From Bacteroidota bacterium (GTDB lineage: Bacteria; Bacteroidota; Bacteroidia; Cytophagales; Cyclobacteriaceae), in contig JAFDYU010000006.1 of assembly GCA_018267285.1 (NCBI GenBank), positions 14,194 through 78,193 of the forward strand: 64,000 bases of DNA. Direction: 5' to 3'. Both the position numbers and the translations under genes were made by a program. Within the stretch, counting starts at the first letter, position 1. Every line of letters begins with the position of its first letter. This document shows positions 1 through 9,934 of this stretch, one piece after another. The notes below the pieces were generated by a model. It was given only the letters and a program-made list of their open reading frames with translations. It did no database searches and had not been told where the DNA came from.

Positions 1-85
1 AATGCTAAATTTTTTGGTAAGGATATCCTTAGGTTTAAAATTTTTTTCTGTAGATTTTTTTACAGGTCTGCGCCCGACCTATACA

Positions 86-2515
86 TTAGAAAGGATACCC
101 AATACCTATATTATAGATAACCGGCTCGTGAAACGTATAAGGTTTTTTAAAACTCATCAACGGCAACACAAAGCGGCTGCCCACGGGGCGGGCAGGGTCC
201 CAGGCTTTAATGCCCACATCGAAGCGAAGGATTAAAAACGTAAAGTCGAACCGCAACCCAAAGCCGGTGCCCACGCCAAATTCTTTATAAAATTTATCGA
301 AAGCAAAACTTGCGTTAGGGTTTGAGTTGGTCTGCACCGCCCACACGTTGCCGGCATCTACAAACAAAGCATAGTTTAAAAAACCAATTAGTTTTTGCCG
401 CCACTCAACGCTGGCTTCAATCAGCAACTGCCCCGGCCGCTCGAACCGATAATTAAAATATCCGCTTGAAGCTGGGTTGGCATTTACGGGAGGCGGGTCG
501 GAGCCTAAACCCAACCTGCGCGGCCGCCAGGCTCTAACGCTGTTGCTGCCTCCGGCAAAAAAATTTTTTTCGTACGGCAACACTTTGTTCGAACTGTACG
601 CATAACCAAACCCGGTATTGAAACGGTAGGCGAGTGCTTGTGTTTTGCTGATGGCAATATTCTTGCGCAGATCGAAACTTACCCGAAAATATTTGTAAGG
701 CTCAAGCCCCTGATCTTGGATAAACTTTGGCGAGTACACGTTAAGCAACGTGCCTCCGCTTTCAATTGCCGTGCGGATGAAGGTAGAACTCTTCTGTGCC
801 ACCCCATAGTTGTTGTTCCAGGTCATGGAAAAGATCATGCTGCTTACATACGAAGGCTTAAACGCATTGATGAGGTTGTTGCCTTGAAATTTCTGATAAT
901 AATTTAACAACGAATCGAACGCGTGGCTTTTAGTAGAATTGATTACATTAAGTGTGGCCGGGCTAAAAGAAAACTGCAGCCTACGTTGCAGGTCCCAGGT
1001 GTAGGTGGCCGACAAAGCCGTGATGGAACGTTGATATTCGGGGCGGTCGGTGTAGGTGTATCCGGCCAGAATTTTTGTGCGCGGGTTGTTTTTTGCGTAG
1101 CGTATAGCGGCTGCACTTTGAAATGGAAACAAGAATTGCGGAAACGATACCGATGCATTTATGGATGCTTCCGTGCTGCGGTAAAATCCTTGATCGGAAG
1201 TTACGGCCGCCACGCCTTCAAAGCCAAAACGTCCGTTCAGCTCCAAAATTTCCATTCCCCTAAAAACATTTCGTTTCTTAAAATTGCTGCTGATGTACGG
1301 CCCCGGAAAACCTTGTGTAACCGTCATGCCGGCTTCCGTGCCCCAAGTGTAGCGATCCATAGGGCTTGTAAATAAGTTGGCAATAAAATGACCACCGCTG
1401 GTATCATAATTAAGATTTACGAACTTAAAATTATCTAAGTTGGCAAGTTGGCGCTGGGTGTTAAAGGTTTTGGTACGGCTATACAAACTATCTTTCGAGA
1501 CGAACACACGTTGGGCTAATACTTTTTTACTGTACACATCTTCGTAGGAATTGAACGTGATGTGCCGAAAAATGTTGCTTTGTCTTTTTTTATTTTCTTT
1601 TCCGGTTACGGCTGCATCGGTGGTGAAAATCACAGAGTCTATTTTAAACTGCTTGTGGTACCCGCGCTTTGCCGGATTGAGTATTTGCAGTTGCAGCCTG
1701 ATCTTGTGTTTGGTAGTGCTGGTGTCAAGTGCGAAATTGATATACTGTTTGCTGAAATCGTAGAAGCCGTTGTCTTTAAGCAACAGATCGATCCGGTCGC
1801 GTTCTTTGCTTAAATTACTTTGGTCGTATTGCTCGCCTTTTTTAAGGAACGAGGTTGCTTCATTTTTTAAAACAAAAGACAAAACGCGGGAGTCGGGGAT
1901 GTTGTAGAAAATAGAATCAAATACAAAAGCGGGTCCGGGTGTTATTTTGTAGGTAACAACCATTCTTTTTTTCTTTGTTTCGGTTGTTACAATGTCAACC
2001 TTAGAATGAAAGTATCCTTTATTAAATAAGTACGTTTCGATTTTGATGCGGCTTTGTCTTACCGCAGCAGTATCGAAAATAGCGAGCGGCTCACCCCATT
2101 GCATGAACAAATTTCCGTTGTCTATTTTTTTAGTTAATGCTTCCGAAGCATTTTGCTTTCGGTATTGCAGGTTGGCAATCTTTTTTGGTTTCTTGGTGGC
2201 TTCGATTTTCTTATCGAATTTGGCTTCTGTTCTCTCTTTTTTCTCTATGATTTTTTCTTTTTTGAATCTTTTTTTCCCGAAGTAATACATGGCCACCGGC
2301 ATGCTGATGGCGGTAGGCTTCAGTCGGCTGTTTGTTTTCTTTACGTACAAGTCGGCTATGCCCAAAGCGGTAAACCCCTTGGGGTACTCCAACGTTTGGT
2401 GGTACAGCAACTTTTCGTTTTCTTGAAGATGCTTTGTGCCAATGCAGCCACCCGTTACTGCACCCACGGACAGCAGGCAAATGGCATGGCGGAATTGTTT
2501 AAAAGTTAAAGAAAT
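86..2515 (-). CDS. BamA/TamA-family (surface antigen D15) outer-membrane protein; start uncertain
   Basis: Long ORF with a beta-barrel-type C-terminus ending in an aromatic residue (…GIGYPF) and glycine/aromatic-rich alternating strands. The N-terminal lipobox-like LLSVGAVTGGC has no ATG/GTG/TTG immediately upstream. The maximal ORF (to 2632) overlaps the divergent trmH-like gene, so the real start is probably a non-canonical codon near 2515. Confidence 0.6.
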   Translation of the reverse strand: MSLTFKQFRHAICLLSVGAVTGGCIGTKHLQENEKLLYHQTLEYPKGFTALGIADLYVKKTNSRLKPTAISMPVAMYYFGKKRFKKEKIIEKKERTEAKFDKKIEATKKPKKIANLQYRKQNASEALTKKIDNGNLFMQWGEPLAIFDTAAVRQSRIKIETYLFNKGYFHSKVDIVTTETKKKRMVVTYKITPGPAFVFDSIFYNIPDSRVLSFVLKNEATSFLKKGEQYDQSNLSKERDRIDLLLKDNGFYDFSKQYINFALDTSTTKHKIRLQLQILNPAKRGYHKQFKIDSVIFTTDAAVTGKENKKRQSNIFRHITFNSYEDVYSKKVLAQRVFVSKDSLYSRTKTFNTQRQLANLDNFKFVNLNYDTSGGHFIANLFTSPMDRYTWGTEAGMTVTQGFPGPYISSNFKKRNVFRGMEILELNGRFGFEGVAAVTSDQGFYRSTEASINASVSFPQFLFPFQSAAAIRYAKNNPRTKILAGYTYTDRPEYQRSITALSATYTWDLQRRLQFSFSPATLNVINSTKSHAFDSLLNYYQKFQGNNLINAFKPSYVSSMIFSMTWNNNYGVAQKSSTFIRTAIESGGTLLNVYSPKFIQDQGLEPYKYFRVSFDLRKNIAISKTQALAYRFNTGFGYAYSSNKVLPYEKNFFAGGSNSVRAWRPRRLGLGSDPPPVNANPASSGYFNYRFERPGQLLIEASVEWRQKLIGFLNYALFVDAGNVWAVQTNSNPNASFAFDKFYKEFGVGTGFGLRFDFTFLILRFDVGIKAWDPARPVGSRFVLPLMSFKKPYTFHEPVIYNIGIGYPF

Positions 2516-3257
2516 GGTATCCAAAGCAAAAATTAAATTCGTCAAATCCCTGCAAGTAAAGAAATACAGAAAACAGGAACAATCTTTTGTGGTGGAGGGA
2601 GCAAAAAGTGTGGAAGAACTTCTGCACTCCAACTATACGATAGACTGGCTGGCGGCATCCGAAATGTTTCTTAAAAAGAACGAAAACGTAATACAAAAGA
2701 GAAAAGTTGAATACGTGGTTGCCGATGAAAAAGAGCTGGCCCAGCTTGGCCATTTTCAAACCAACGATGCTGCGCTTGCGGTGGCCAAAATGAAGCCGAA
2801 TGTGGCCCCTAATTTAAAGGACGAGTTTTGCCTGGTGCTTGACGGCCTGGGCGACCCCGGAAATGTAGGCACTATACTACGAACCGCTGACTGGTACGGC
2901 ATAAAAAACATCATTGCATCGGAAGATACGGCCGATTTCTATAACCCTAAAACCATAAGTGCTACCATGGGGTCGTTTTGCCGGGTTAGCTTTTTTTATA
3001 CCGACCTGCCGGATTTTTTACAACGGAATACCCAACCTGTTTTCGGTACGTTTATGGATGGAGACAATGTGCATCGGATTGATTTTGGTAAAAGCGGGCT
3101 CATTGTAATTGGCAACGAATCGAATGGAATTTCGAATAGAGTGAGCCGTTTTGTGTCGCAACGCATCACCATACCAAAAACAGGAGGGGCAGAGTCGCTG
3201 AATGCCGCCATTGCCACAGGCATTGTTCTCGATAATGTGTTTCGCTCAAAAAAATGA
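2514..3257 (+). CDS. TrmH/SpoU-family RNA 2'-O-methyltransferase
   Basis: In-frame ATG at 2514 (MVSKAKIKFVKSL…). SpoU-type motifs are present: LVLDGLGDPGNVGTILRTA, IVIGNESNGIS and ESLNAAIATGIVL. Confidence 0.8.
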   Translation: MVSKAKIKFVKSLQVKKYRKQEQSFVVEGAKSVEELLHSNYTIDWLAASEMFLKKNENVIQKRKVEYVVADEKELAQLGHFQTNDAALAVAKMKPNVAPNLKDEFCLVLDGLGDPGNVGTILRTADWYGIKNIIASEDTADFYNPKTISATMGSFCRVSFFYTDLPDFLQRNTQPVFGTFMDGDNVHRIDFGKSGLIVIGNESNGISNRVSRFVSQRITIPKTGGAESLNAAIATGIVLDNVFRSKK

Positions 3258-4022
3258 ACTGCTTTGTTGTGCCGATTCTTCCGAAAGCTTTTCGGCATCT
3301 TCTTTACCAAGGTATTTATCAATAATAAAATGTCCGGCATAAATCAGCGGTGTCAGCAAAATCGCAATGGTGAATTTGTATATATAATTGGTGATACCGA
3401 TAGCCAAAATCTGTTGATTCGAAAAAATACCGGTAAAGGCGAGGTAGAGCACCACAAAACTATCGATAAACTGCGAGACCAGCGTAGAGCCCGTGGCGCG
3501 TAGCCAAAGCATTTTGCTGCCCGTTACTTTTCGTAGTTTTTGAAAAACAAAAACGTCAACCAGTTGCCCCAACAAAAAGGCCGCAAGCGAAGCCACAATA
3601 ATCCGCTGGCCTTGACCCAAAATTTTGTTGAAGGCAAAATCCATATCAAAAAAATTTCCGGAAGCATCTTTATTGTTGGCGTCCAGCCACCATTGCGCGG
3701 GCGGCAGCTTCATCGAAAGAAAAATAATTACAAAGGCGTAGGCAATAAAAATAGCTGCGAGGTAACTGATCCGTTTTACACCGGGCTTGCCAAAATATTC
3801 GTTGATTAAGTCGGAGGTTATAAACACCACCGGCCAGATCACAACCCCGGCCGTCAGGTTGAAATCCATGGTGAAGCCGAGCAAGTGAAGGTTGGCGGGC
3901 GGGAGGCCTAACGTGTTTTCGCCCGAAAAAATTTTCACACCGATGAGCTCTGCAATGATTGCGTTTGTTAAGAATATCCCCGATAAAACAACAAACAGCT
4001 TATTTTTTTTTTGCTCGACCAT
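3246..4022 (-). CDS. yhhQ: VUT/YhhQ-family (DUF165) queuosine-precursor transporter-like membrane protein
   Basis: 258 aa polytopic membrane protein. Its size and the motif around ITSDLINEYFGK are typical of YhhQ-family proteins. Confidence 0.65.
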   Translation of the reverse strand: MVEQKKNKLFVVLSGIFLTNAIIAELIGVKIFSGENTLGLPPANLHLLGFTMDFNLTAGVVIWPVVFITSDLINEYFGKPGVKRISYLAAIFIAYAFVIIFLSMKLPPAQWWLDANNKDASGNFFDMDFAFNKILGQGQRIIVASLAAFLLGQLVDVFVFQKLRKVTGSKMLWLRATGSTLVSQFIDSFVVLYLAFTGIFSNQQILAIGITNYIYKFTIAILLTPLIYAGHFIIDKYLGKEDAEKLSEESAQQSSSFF

Positions 4023-4037
4023 GTTGTAAAGATAAAA

Positions 4038-4955
4038 TCAATCTTGTAAAGTAAAGGTTGTTCCTTCCGTGGCTAGCTCGGTATTTTTAAAAATACTTCG
4101 GGCTTCATCGAGCAGCAGATCGAGCCGATTGTACCGTGCCGAAAAATGACCGATCACCATTTTTTGTACCGATGCCTGCCGGGCAATTTCTGCGGCTTGC
4201 GAAGCCGTGCTGTGTTTTGTTTCTACCGCTTTGGCCAGGTCGGCATGGGCAAAGGTGGCTTCGTGGTAGAGCAGGTCAACATTTTTAATCTGCTCAACCA
4301 TCTGGGTATTTAGGGCGGTGTCGGAACAATAGGCGTACGAAAGCGAAGGCCGTGGCGGTAAGGTAAGCGATTCATTTTTGTACAACAGGTTGCCTTGTTC
4401 ATCGAAAATGTCGGCTCCGGTTTTTAGTGAGGCAATTTGCTGAAGTTTTAGCCCATCAATTATTTTTTCTTTGTTGATCCTTCGGGGCTTTCGTTTTTCA
4501 CGAAATAAAAACCCGGCACATTCCAGTTTATGAATTAACGGTATTGTTTCAACGGTTAAGATTTCATTGTCTATCAGTGTTTCAATTTTATTCGGATCGA
4601 ACGGATGGAAGACGATTTTGTAATTCAACGCAGACTTCGCGTGTTTTAAGTGAAGCGTAATCATTTCATCCAACCCTTGCGGACTGAACAAATGCAGATC
4701 TGTAGCCCGTTTGTGAAGGTGCATAGAAAACAATAAGGGCATCAATCCCAGATAGTGGTCTCCGTGCAGGTGGCTGATGAAAATGTGATCTATTTTATGA
4801 AACGAGAGTTGCAGTTTAGCCAGTTGCATCTGGGCGCCTTCACCACAATCGATGAGGAAATGCCGATTTTGAATAACGAGGTGCTGCGAAGTAGGATATC
4901 TGCCTATGGCCGGAAGCGCGCCACTTGAACCGAGGATTGTAAGACTAAGCGCCAA
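4038..4955 (-). CDS. rnz: Ribonuclease Z (metallo-beta-lactamase fold)
   Basis: Motifs LTILGSSGALP, FLIDCGEGAQ and the HLHGDH zinc motif, at 305 aa. The start codon is TTG. Confidence 0.85.
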   Translation of the reverse strand: MALSLTILGSSGALPAIGRYPTSQHLVIQNRHFLIDCGEGAQMQLAKLQLSFHKIDHIFISHLHGDHYLGLMPLLFSMHLHKRATDLHLFSPQGLDEMITLHLKHAKSALNYKIVFHPFDPNKIETLIDNEILTVETIPLIHKLECAGFLFREKRKPRRINKEKIIDGLKLQQIASLKTGADIFDEQGNLLYKNESLTLPPRPSLSYAYCSDTALNTQMVEQIKNVDLLYHEATFAHADLAKAVETKHSTASQAAEIARQASVQKMVIGHFSARYNRLDLLLDEARSIFKNTELATEGTTFTLQD

Positions 4956-4960
4956 TAAGA

Positions 4961-5332
4961 TTATTCTTTTTTCATGTCTTTCTCAATCTCGTGCATGAAC
5001 ACCGCATCCACGCCTTCTTCTACCGATGGCAAAATATTTAGCACGCTGTCGAGTTGAGAAATTTTAATAAGTTTCATGGTGTGATCGGACAGGCAAGCAA
5101 GGATGAAAATGCCTTCGTCTTCCTGCAATATCCGGTTACCCACCAATAAGGAACTAAGCCCGGATGAATCGGTGTACTTCACTTCGGTTAGGTCCAGAAT
5201 AATGTTGCGAACACCTTCGGCATGGAGCGTTACCATTTCAGATTTTAACTGCGGGGCCACATTCGAATCCAGTTTTTCTTCGTGCAACCGGATGAGTGTG
5301 TATTTTTCTTGTTTATCGATGGTGTACTTCAT
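4961..5332 (-). CDS. STAS-domain protein (anti-sigma-factor antagonist-like)
   Basis: 123 aa with the pattern …LDLTEVKYTDSSGLSSLL…, typical of SpoIIAA/STAS domains. Confidence 0.7.
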   Translation of the reverse strand: MKYTIDKQEKYTLIRLHEEKLDSNVAPQLKSEMVTLHAEGVRNIILDLTEVKYTDSSGLSSLLVGNRILQEDEGIFILACLSDHTMKLIKISQLDSVLNILPSVEEGVDAVFMHEIEKDMKKE

Positions 5333-5363
5333 GTGGGGATAGTGAATTTGGAGCTAAAATAAT

Positions 5364-6299
5364 TTAATTTATTGAATTAACGATACCGACTTCGATTCGT
5401 TCCATAATGTTCGAATAATTTACAGGCTGCAGCGCACTGCCCATCACCAAGCTGTACAATTCTTTGTATCGCTCGGAAATACCCTTTACTATTTCATCTG
5501 TCATTTCCGGTACTTGCTGGCCTTCCTTTCCTTGAAATCCGTTTTCAATCAGCCATTGGCGTACAAATTCTTTTGAAAGCTGCTTTTGCTGCTCGCCTAC
5601 ACGCTGGCGTTGTTCATACCCTTCTTTGTAAAAATAACGCGATGAATCAGGGGTGTGAACCTCGTCAATCAGATAAATTTTTCCGTTATTTTTCCCAAAC
5701 TCATATTTGGTATCGACAAGAATCAAATTACGTGCAGCAGCGAGGGCTGTTCCTTTGGCGTAAAGTTTTAAGGTGTAATCTTCCAGTGCTTCATAGTCTG
5801 CCGTACTCACTATGCCGCGCGAAATAATATCTTCTTTCGATATGTCTTCGTCATGCCCCACACTCGCTTTGGTGGTAGGTGTGATGATTGGGTGGGGGAG
5901 TTGGTCATTTTCTTTCAGGCCTTCGAGCAACGTTACCCCACAGATTTTGCGCTTGCCTAATTTGTATTCGCGCCAAGCATGGCCTGCGAGGTATCCGCGA
6001 ACCACCATCTCAACGGCAAAGGCATTGCATTTATATCCAACGGCCACATTAGGATCGGGAGTTGCAATGACCCAATTCGGAACGATCTCTTTTGTTTCTG
6101 CGAGGTGAAATGCTGCTATTTGATTGAGTACCCTTCCCTTGTCGGGGATAGCACGCGGGAGCACAACATCAAAAGCCGAAATCCGGTCGGTGGCCACCAT
6201 GGCCATCTTGTCGCCAAAATAATATACATCGCGCACCTTGCCACGATAAAATCCTGTCTGCCCTTTAAACTTGAAGTTCGTTTCTTTGATGGCCTCCAT
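5364..6299 (-). CDS. purC: Phosphoribosylaminoimidazole-succinocarboxamide (SAICAR) synthase
   Basis: 311 aa long-form PurC: YRGKVRDVY…, [18 protein letters not shown]. Confidence 0.9.
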   Translation of the reverse strand: MEAIKETNFKFKGQTGFYRGKVRDVYYFGDKMAMVATDRISAFDVVLPRAIPDKGRVLNQIAAFHLAETKEIVPNWVIATPDPNVAVGYKCNAFAVEMVVRGYLAGHAWREYKLGKRKICGVTLLEGLKENDQLPHPIITPTTKASVGHDEDISKEDIISRGIVSTADYEALEDYTLKLYAKGTALAAARNLILVDTKYEFGKNNGKIYLIDEVHTPDSSRYFYKEGYEQRQRVGEQQKQLSKEFVRQWLIENGFQGKEGQQVPEMTDEIVKGISERYKELYSLVMGSALQPVNYSNIMERIEVGIVNSIN

Positions 6300-6359
6300 G
6301 GAGGGAAAAAGTTTGCGGCAAATTAAGACGAATGTTGGAGATGCCGCCCAAAAGGCGAG

Positions 6360-7679
6360 TTATTTTTTTTCGGCAGGCTTTGGCTCAACCAAAATACCGG
6401 CACGGAAATACAGGGTATTAATTACTTTACCATTTTCATCAAACTCTTTCCATTCTTTATGCTTTTTGTTGGCCACATATTCACCCTGCTCTTTTAGTTT
6501 GCCGTTGGGCCAGTAGCTGGTATAAAGTCCGTGCATGCGGTTTGCGCGAAACTCGCATTCGCTTAAAAGTTTCCCGTTCTCGTAATAGTTTTTTACGGGC
6601 CCGGTCACCAGATTAAACTTCCAGGTTTCTTCCAGTTTTTTTTCACCGTTCGGGTAATAGGAGGTACGCAGGCCGGTTAATTGCCCTTCGTCATAATTTT
6701 CTTTTAAGGATAACGTCTTTCCGTCTTTAAAATAAAAATACCAAGTGCCGTGCGGAACTTGATGTCTGAAATTCTTTTCAAATTGTTTGTTGCCGAGACT
6801 ATCGGACTCCGTCAGTTTGCTGTCAATGCCATTGAGCGCAAGCTGCTCTTTGGTTTTTATTTTTCCGTTGTGATGGTAGTCCAGGTTAGTGCCTGTTTTT
6901 CCGCCTTGGTAAAAATTATATTCGTGGCGGATTTTTCCATCGGCAAAGTAACCAACATTGCTGCCGTGTAATTTACCGTACATAAAATGCCCCTTCAGCA
7001 ACAGATGCCCTTGTTTGTCGTAGCTAAGAAACTCACCTTCTTTGTCGCCTTCTTTAATAGTGTAGATCAACTCAAGTTGCGCGTTATCAAAAAATGATTT
7101 GTAGTATCCGCTGATAAAACCATCTTTGTAGTTGGCTTCCGTTTCAATGCTTCCCGACTCATAAAAAGTCTTGGTGATGCCGTTTGGCTTTTGATTTTTG
7201 TATTCAATCTGCCTGTGGATTTTTCCGGAAGGATAATATTCCTTCACGAGGCCATCGGGTTTGCCTTTCTCAAATCGGCTCTCCATTTTGAGTGCCCCCG
7301 TTGGAAAATACGAACGAACACTGTCGACTAATTTGTTGTTGAGATAATGGGCCGTTTGGATCGGCCTCCCTTTGCTATCGTATACTTCCACTTCGCCATG
7401 CCGCATGCCGTTTTCGTAATTGATTTTTCGAAGAAGAATGCCGGTTGTGCTGTACTCGTAAAATGTGCCCGAGCGCACTCCGTTTACAAAATTGCCCTCG
7501 ATGGCGAGCTTACCGCTGATGAAATACTTTCGGTATTTGCCCTCCATGGTCTGATTGTCATCGAGAACAAAATAATCTTCTGCAATGCGAGACTTCCTTT
7601 CATCGTAATATGTTTTGATCTCCTTTTGTGCAACAGACCGAAGGCTTAGCAGAGATAATAGTATAACAAGAAGCCGCAT
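6360..7679 (-). CDS. Secreted MORN-repeat-variant (YwqK-like) repeat protein
   Basis: Repeated roughly 23-aa units of the form G.…YYENGKL…E..Y.NGK.HG. The internal start MRLLVILLSLLSLRSVAQ gives a signal peptide. Confidence 0.7.
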   Translation of the reverse strand: MRLLVILLSLLSLRSVAQKEIKTYYDERKSRIAEDYFVLDDNQTMEGKYRKYFISGKLAIEGNFVNGVRSGTFYEYSTTGILLRKINYENGMRHGEVEVYDSKGRPIQTAHYLNNKLVDSVRSYFPTGALKMESRFEKGKPDGLVKEYYPSGKIHRQIEYKNQKPNGITKTFYESGSIETEANYKDGFISGYYKSFFDNAQLELIYTIKEGDKEGEFLSYDKQGHLLLKGHFMYGKLHGSNVGYFADGKIRHEYNFYQGGKTGTNLDYHHNGKIKTKEQLALNGIDSKLTESDSLGNKQFEKNFRHQVPHGTWYFYFKDGKTLSLKENYDEGQLTGLRTSYYPNGEKKLEETWKFNLVTGPVKNYYENGKLLSECEFRANRMHGLYTSYWPNGKLKEQGEYVANKKHKEWKEFDENGKVINTLYFRAGILVEPKPAEKK

Positions 7680-7832
7680 AAATAAAATGTGATAACGAAG
7701 AATTGTTTTCAAAATTGAGTTTGAAAAACCAAAAATTAAACTGTATGAAGAATCTTTAATACTTTCTTCACGCAAAATTTAGTTCAGGAAGTTGCCGATT
7801 TTTTTTATTCCTCAACTCAGGTGTTGCAAAAC

Positions 7833-9011
7833 TTACAATTTCTCGATTACCAGTGCCGATGCACCACCGCCACCGTTGCAAATACCCGCAACCCCGATGG
7901 ACGAATTGTTTTGCTTTAACACATTGGCGAGTGTAATGGTGATGCGTGCCCCGGAAGCTCCGAGCGGATGGCCGAGCGCTACGGCACCGCCATTTATATT
8001 CACGTTAGCCTCATCGAGGCCGAGCTTAATGTTGTTGGCAATAGCCACAGCCGAAAAGGCTTCGTTGATTTCGTAGAACCCCACATCTTTTTTCTCTACA
8101 CCCGCCATTTTCATTGCCTTGGGTATTGCGAGAGAAGGAGTGGTGGTAAACCACATGGGGTCTTGTGCGGCATCGGCAAAACCGAGAATCTTTACGATGG
8201 GAGTTAAACCAAGTTCTTTGGCTTTGGCCGAACTCATTAACACCACAGCAGCGGCACCGTCATTGATGGTTGAGGCGTTGGCAGCCGTTACGGTTCCTTC
8301 TTTTGTAAACACCGGTTTTAAACTTGGTATCTTATCGAAGTTTACATTTTTGTATTCTTCGTCTTCGGCAAACAAAGTAACCTCCCCTTTTCTACCCGTG
8401 ATCTCAACGGGCACAATTTCATCTTTAAATTTACCGGCAGCCCAGGCGGCTGCAGATCTCTTGTACGAGTTAATGGCGTACGTGTCCTGAACTGCCCGGC
8501 TGATGTTCATTTCTTTGGCGGTGTTGTCGGCACAAACACCCATGGCGCAATGATTGTACACATCGGTGAGGCCATCGTACGTTAAACCATCCAGTATTTG
8601 TCCGTCACCGTACTTATAGCCGTAGCGCGCCTTCATTAAATAGTATGGAATGTTACTCATGCTTTCCATGCCACCGGCTACCACCACATCGTTTTGACCG
8701 AGCATGATGGATTGTGCGCCCATCATAATGGATTTCATGCCCGATGCACAGACTTTATTTACAAGCGTACAAGGAATGTTGTAACCAAGCCCGGCACCTA
8801 CGGCTACTTGAGTTGCGGGAGCCTGGCCCAAGCCTGCTGAAATCACATTGCCAAAAAAAACTTCTTGCACGTGTTTGCCGTCTAAATTAATTTTAGAGAG
8901 TGCGCTTTTCACAGCTAAGGATCCGAGTTTAACAGCCGATAGGCTGGCGAGGCTACCACCGAAACTCCCAATAGGAGTGCGAACGGCCGATACAATTACA
9001 ACTTCTTTCAT
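7833..9011 (-). CDS. Acetyl-CoA C-acetyltransferase (thiolase II)
   Basis: 392 aa. N-terminal VIVSAVRTPIGSFGG, active-site Cys context NKVCASGMKS, C-terminal GLAGICNGGGGASALVIE. Confidence 0.9.
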   Translation of the reverse strand: MKEVVIVSAVRTPIGSFGGSLASLSAVKLGSLAVKSALSKINLDGKHVQEVFFGNVISAGLGQAPATQVAVGAGLGYNIPCTLVNKVCASGMKSIMMGAQSIMLGQNDVVVAGGMESMSNIPYYLMKARYGYKYGDGQILDGLTYDGLTDVYNHCAMGVCADNTAKEMNISRAVQDTYAINSYKRSAAAWAAGKFKDEIVPVEITGRKGEVTLFAEDEEYKNVNFDKIPSLKPVFTKEGTVTAANASTINDGAAAVVLMSSAKAKELGLTPIVKILGFADAAQDPMWFTTTPSLAIPKAMKMAGVEKKDVGFYEINEAFSAVAIANNIKLGLDEANVNINGGAVALGHPLGASGARITITLANVLKQNNSSIGVAGICNGGGGASALVIEKL

Positions 9012-9040
9012 GATATGTGTGTTTTCGATTTACAAATTTC

Positions 9041-9934
9041 CTACCAATCCGGTTTACCTTTTTCTTTTGGCTTTGTTGCCTTGCGTTTGTTCTGCTGAAG
9101 GTATTGTATTTCCTGATTTTTCATGGCCTCTAAAATCATCTTGGCTTTATCTTCACTAATCTGCATGTCCTTCAATTTTTCGGCCAACGATGGATCCGGT
9201 TTTTTCTCATCCTTGTTTTTATTTTTTTCTTCTTGCTCCTTTTGCTGTTGCTCTTTGTCTTTCTGCTCTTTCTTTTGTTGCTCTTTGTCTTTTTGGTCTT
9301 TTTGCTGTTGATCTTTCTGGTCTTTCTTTTGTTGATCTTGCTTGTCTTTGTTCTGCTGATCTTTTTGGTCTTGTTTATCTTTTTGGTCTTTGTTCTGTTG
9401 GTTTTTGTTGTCTTTGTTTTGTTCTTTATTCTTCTCGTCTTTTTTGTCTTTGTTATCCTTGTTTTCTTTATTCTGATCTTTGTTTTGCTGTTGTTGCTTT
9501 TTTTGTTCTTCCAGCTTTTTCTTTACCATTTCATAATTATATCGTGCTTGTTCATTCGCAGGCTCTGCTTTAAGTGCCTGCTTAAAGTAATTCAGAGCCT
9601 CTTCAAATTTGCTTTGGCGGTTGGCCATTACACCCATTTGCTGATTGGCCCAGGACTTTAGCTTGGCATCTTTGCTTACGGTTAGCGGTTGATAATTTGT
9701 AAACGCATTGGTGGTATCGTTGGTTCGGAAGTAAGCGTTTGCCAGGTTCATGTTTATTTCTTCTTCGCTTACGTGCATGGAATCGATGAGGAAACGGTAC
9801 TTGGCAATAGCGGTTTTAAATTCTCCGGCAAGGAATGCTTTTTTGGCTTCCGATTTCAAAGAATTTATTTTGCTCACCTTGGTGGGGTCGGTGAGCGCAA
9901 CGAGCGCAAAGAAAATAAAAGCAAGCCATTTCAT
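9041..9934 (-). CDS. TPR protein, BatC-like, with a long K/D/Q/N/E low-complexity tract
   Basis: Signal peptide and TPR-like N-terminal half. Residues about 138-246 are almost only K, D, Q, N and E. Translationally overlapped (ATGA) with the upstream VWA gene, as in Bacteroides bat operons. Confidence 0.6.
   Translation of the reverse strand: MKWLAFIFFALVALTDPTKVSKINSLKSEAKKAFLAGEFKTAIAKYRFLIDSMHVSEEEINMNLANAYFRTNDTTNAFTNYQPLTVSKDAKLKSWANQQMGVMANRQSKFEEALNYFKQALKAEPANEQARYNYEMVKKKLEEQKKQQQQNKDQNKENKDNKDKKDEKNKEQNKDNKNQQNKDQKDKQDQKDQQNKDKQDQQKKDQKDQQQKDQKDKEQQKKEQKDKEQQQKEQEEKNKNKDEKKPDPSLAEKLKDMQISEDKAKMILEAMKNQEIQYLQQNKRKATKPKEKGKPDW
9197..9523 (-). repeat. Cryptic simple-sequence tract encoding the K/D/Q/N/E-rich region of the BatC-like protein
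   Basis: The DNA is degenerate (CTTTTTG/GTCTTTG/CTGTTG)n on the plus strand. It produces spurious L/F-rich ORFs on the opposite strand. Confidence 0.7.

Noticed and set aside
2-235. 77-aa ORF at the window edge
   Set aside because: It overlaps the 3' end of the BamA-like gene on the opposite strand and has no recognisable features. Likely spurious.
6360-7775. YwqK-family label implying a toxin-antitoxin antitoxin
   Set aside because: The protein has a signal peptide, is 440 aa of MORN-variant repeats and has no adjacent toxin gene. Only the repeat family name suggests TA. The real TA module in this window is at 31794-32260.
9233-9661. 142-aa and 127-aa L/F/V-rich ORFs on the plus strand (also 9123-9311 and 9190-9573), which look like hydrophobic membrane peptides
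   Set aside because: They are the antisense reading of the K/D/Q/N/E simple-repeat tract of the BatC-like gene. Their composition is a mirror artefact of the repeat, and they have no independent start context.
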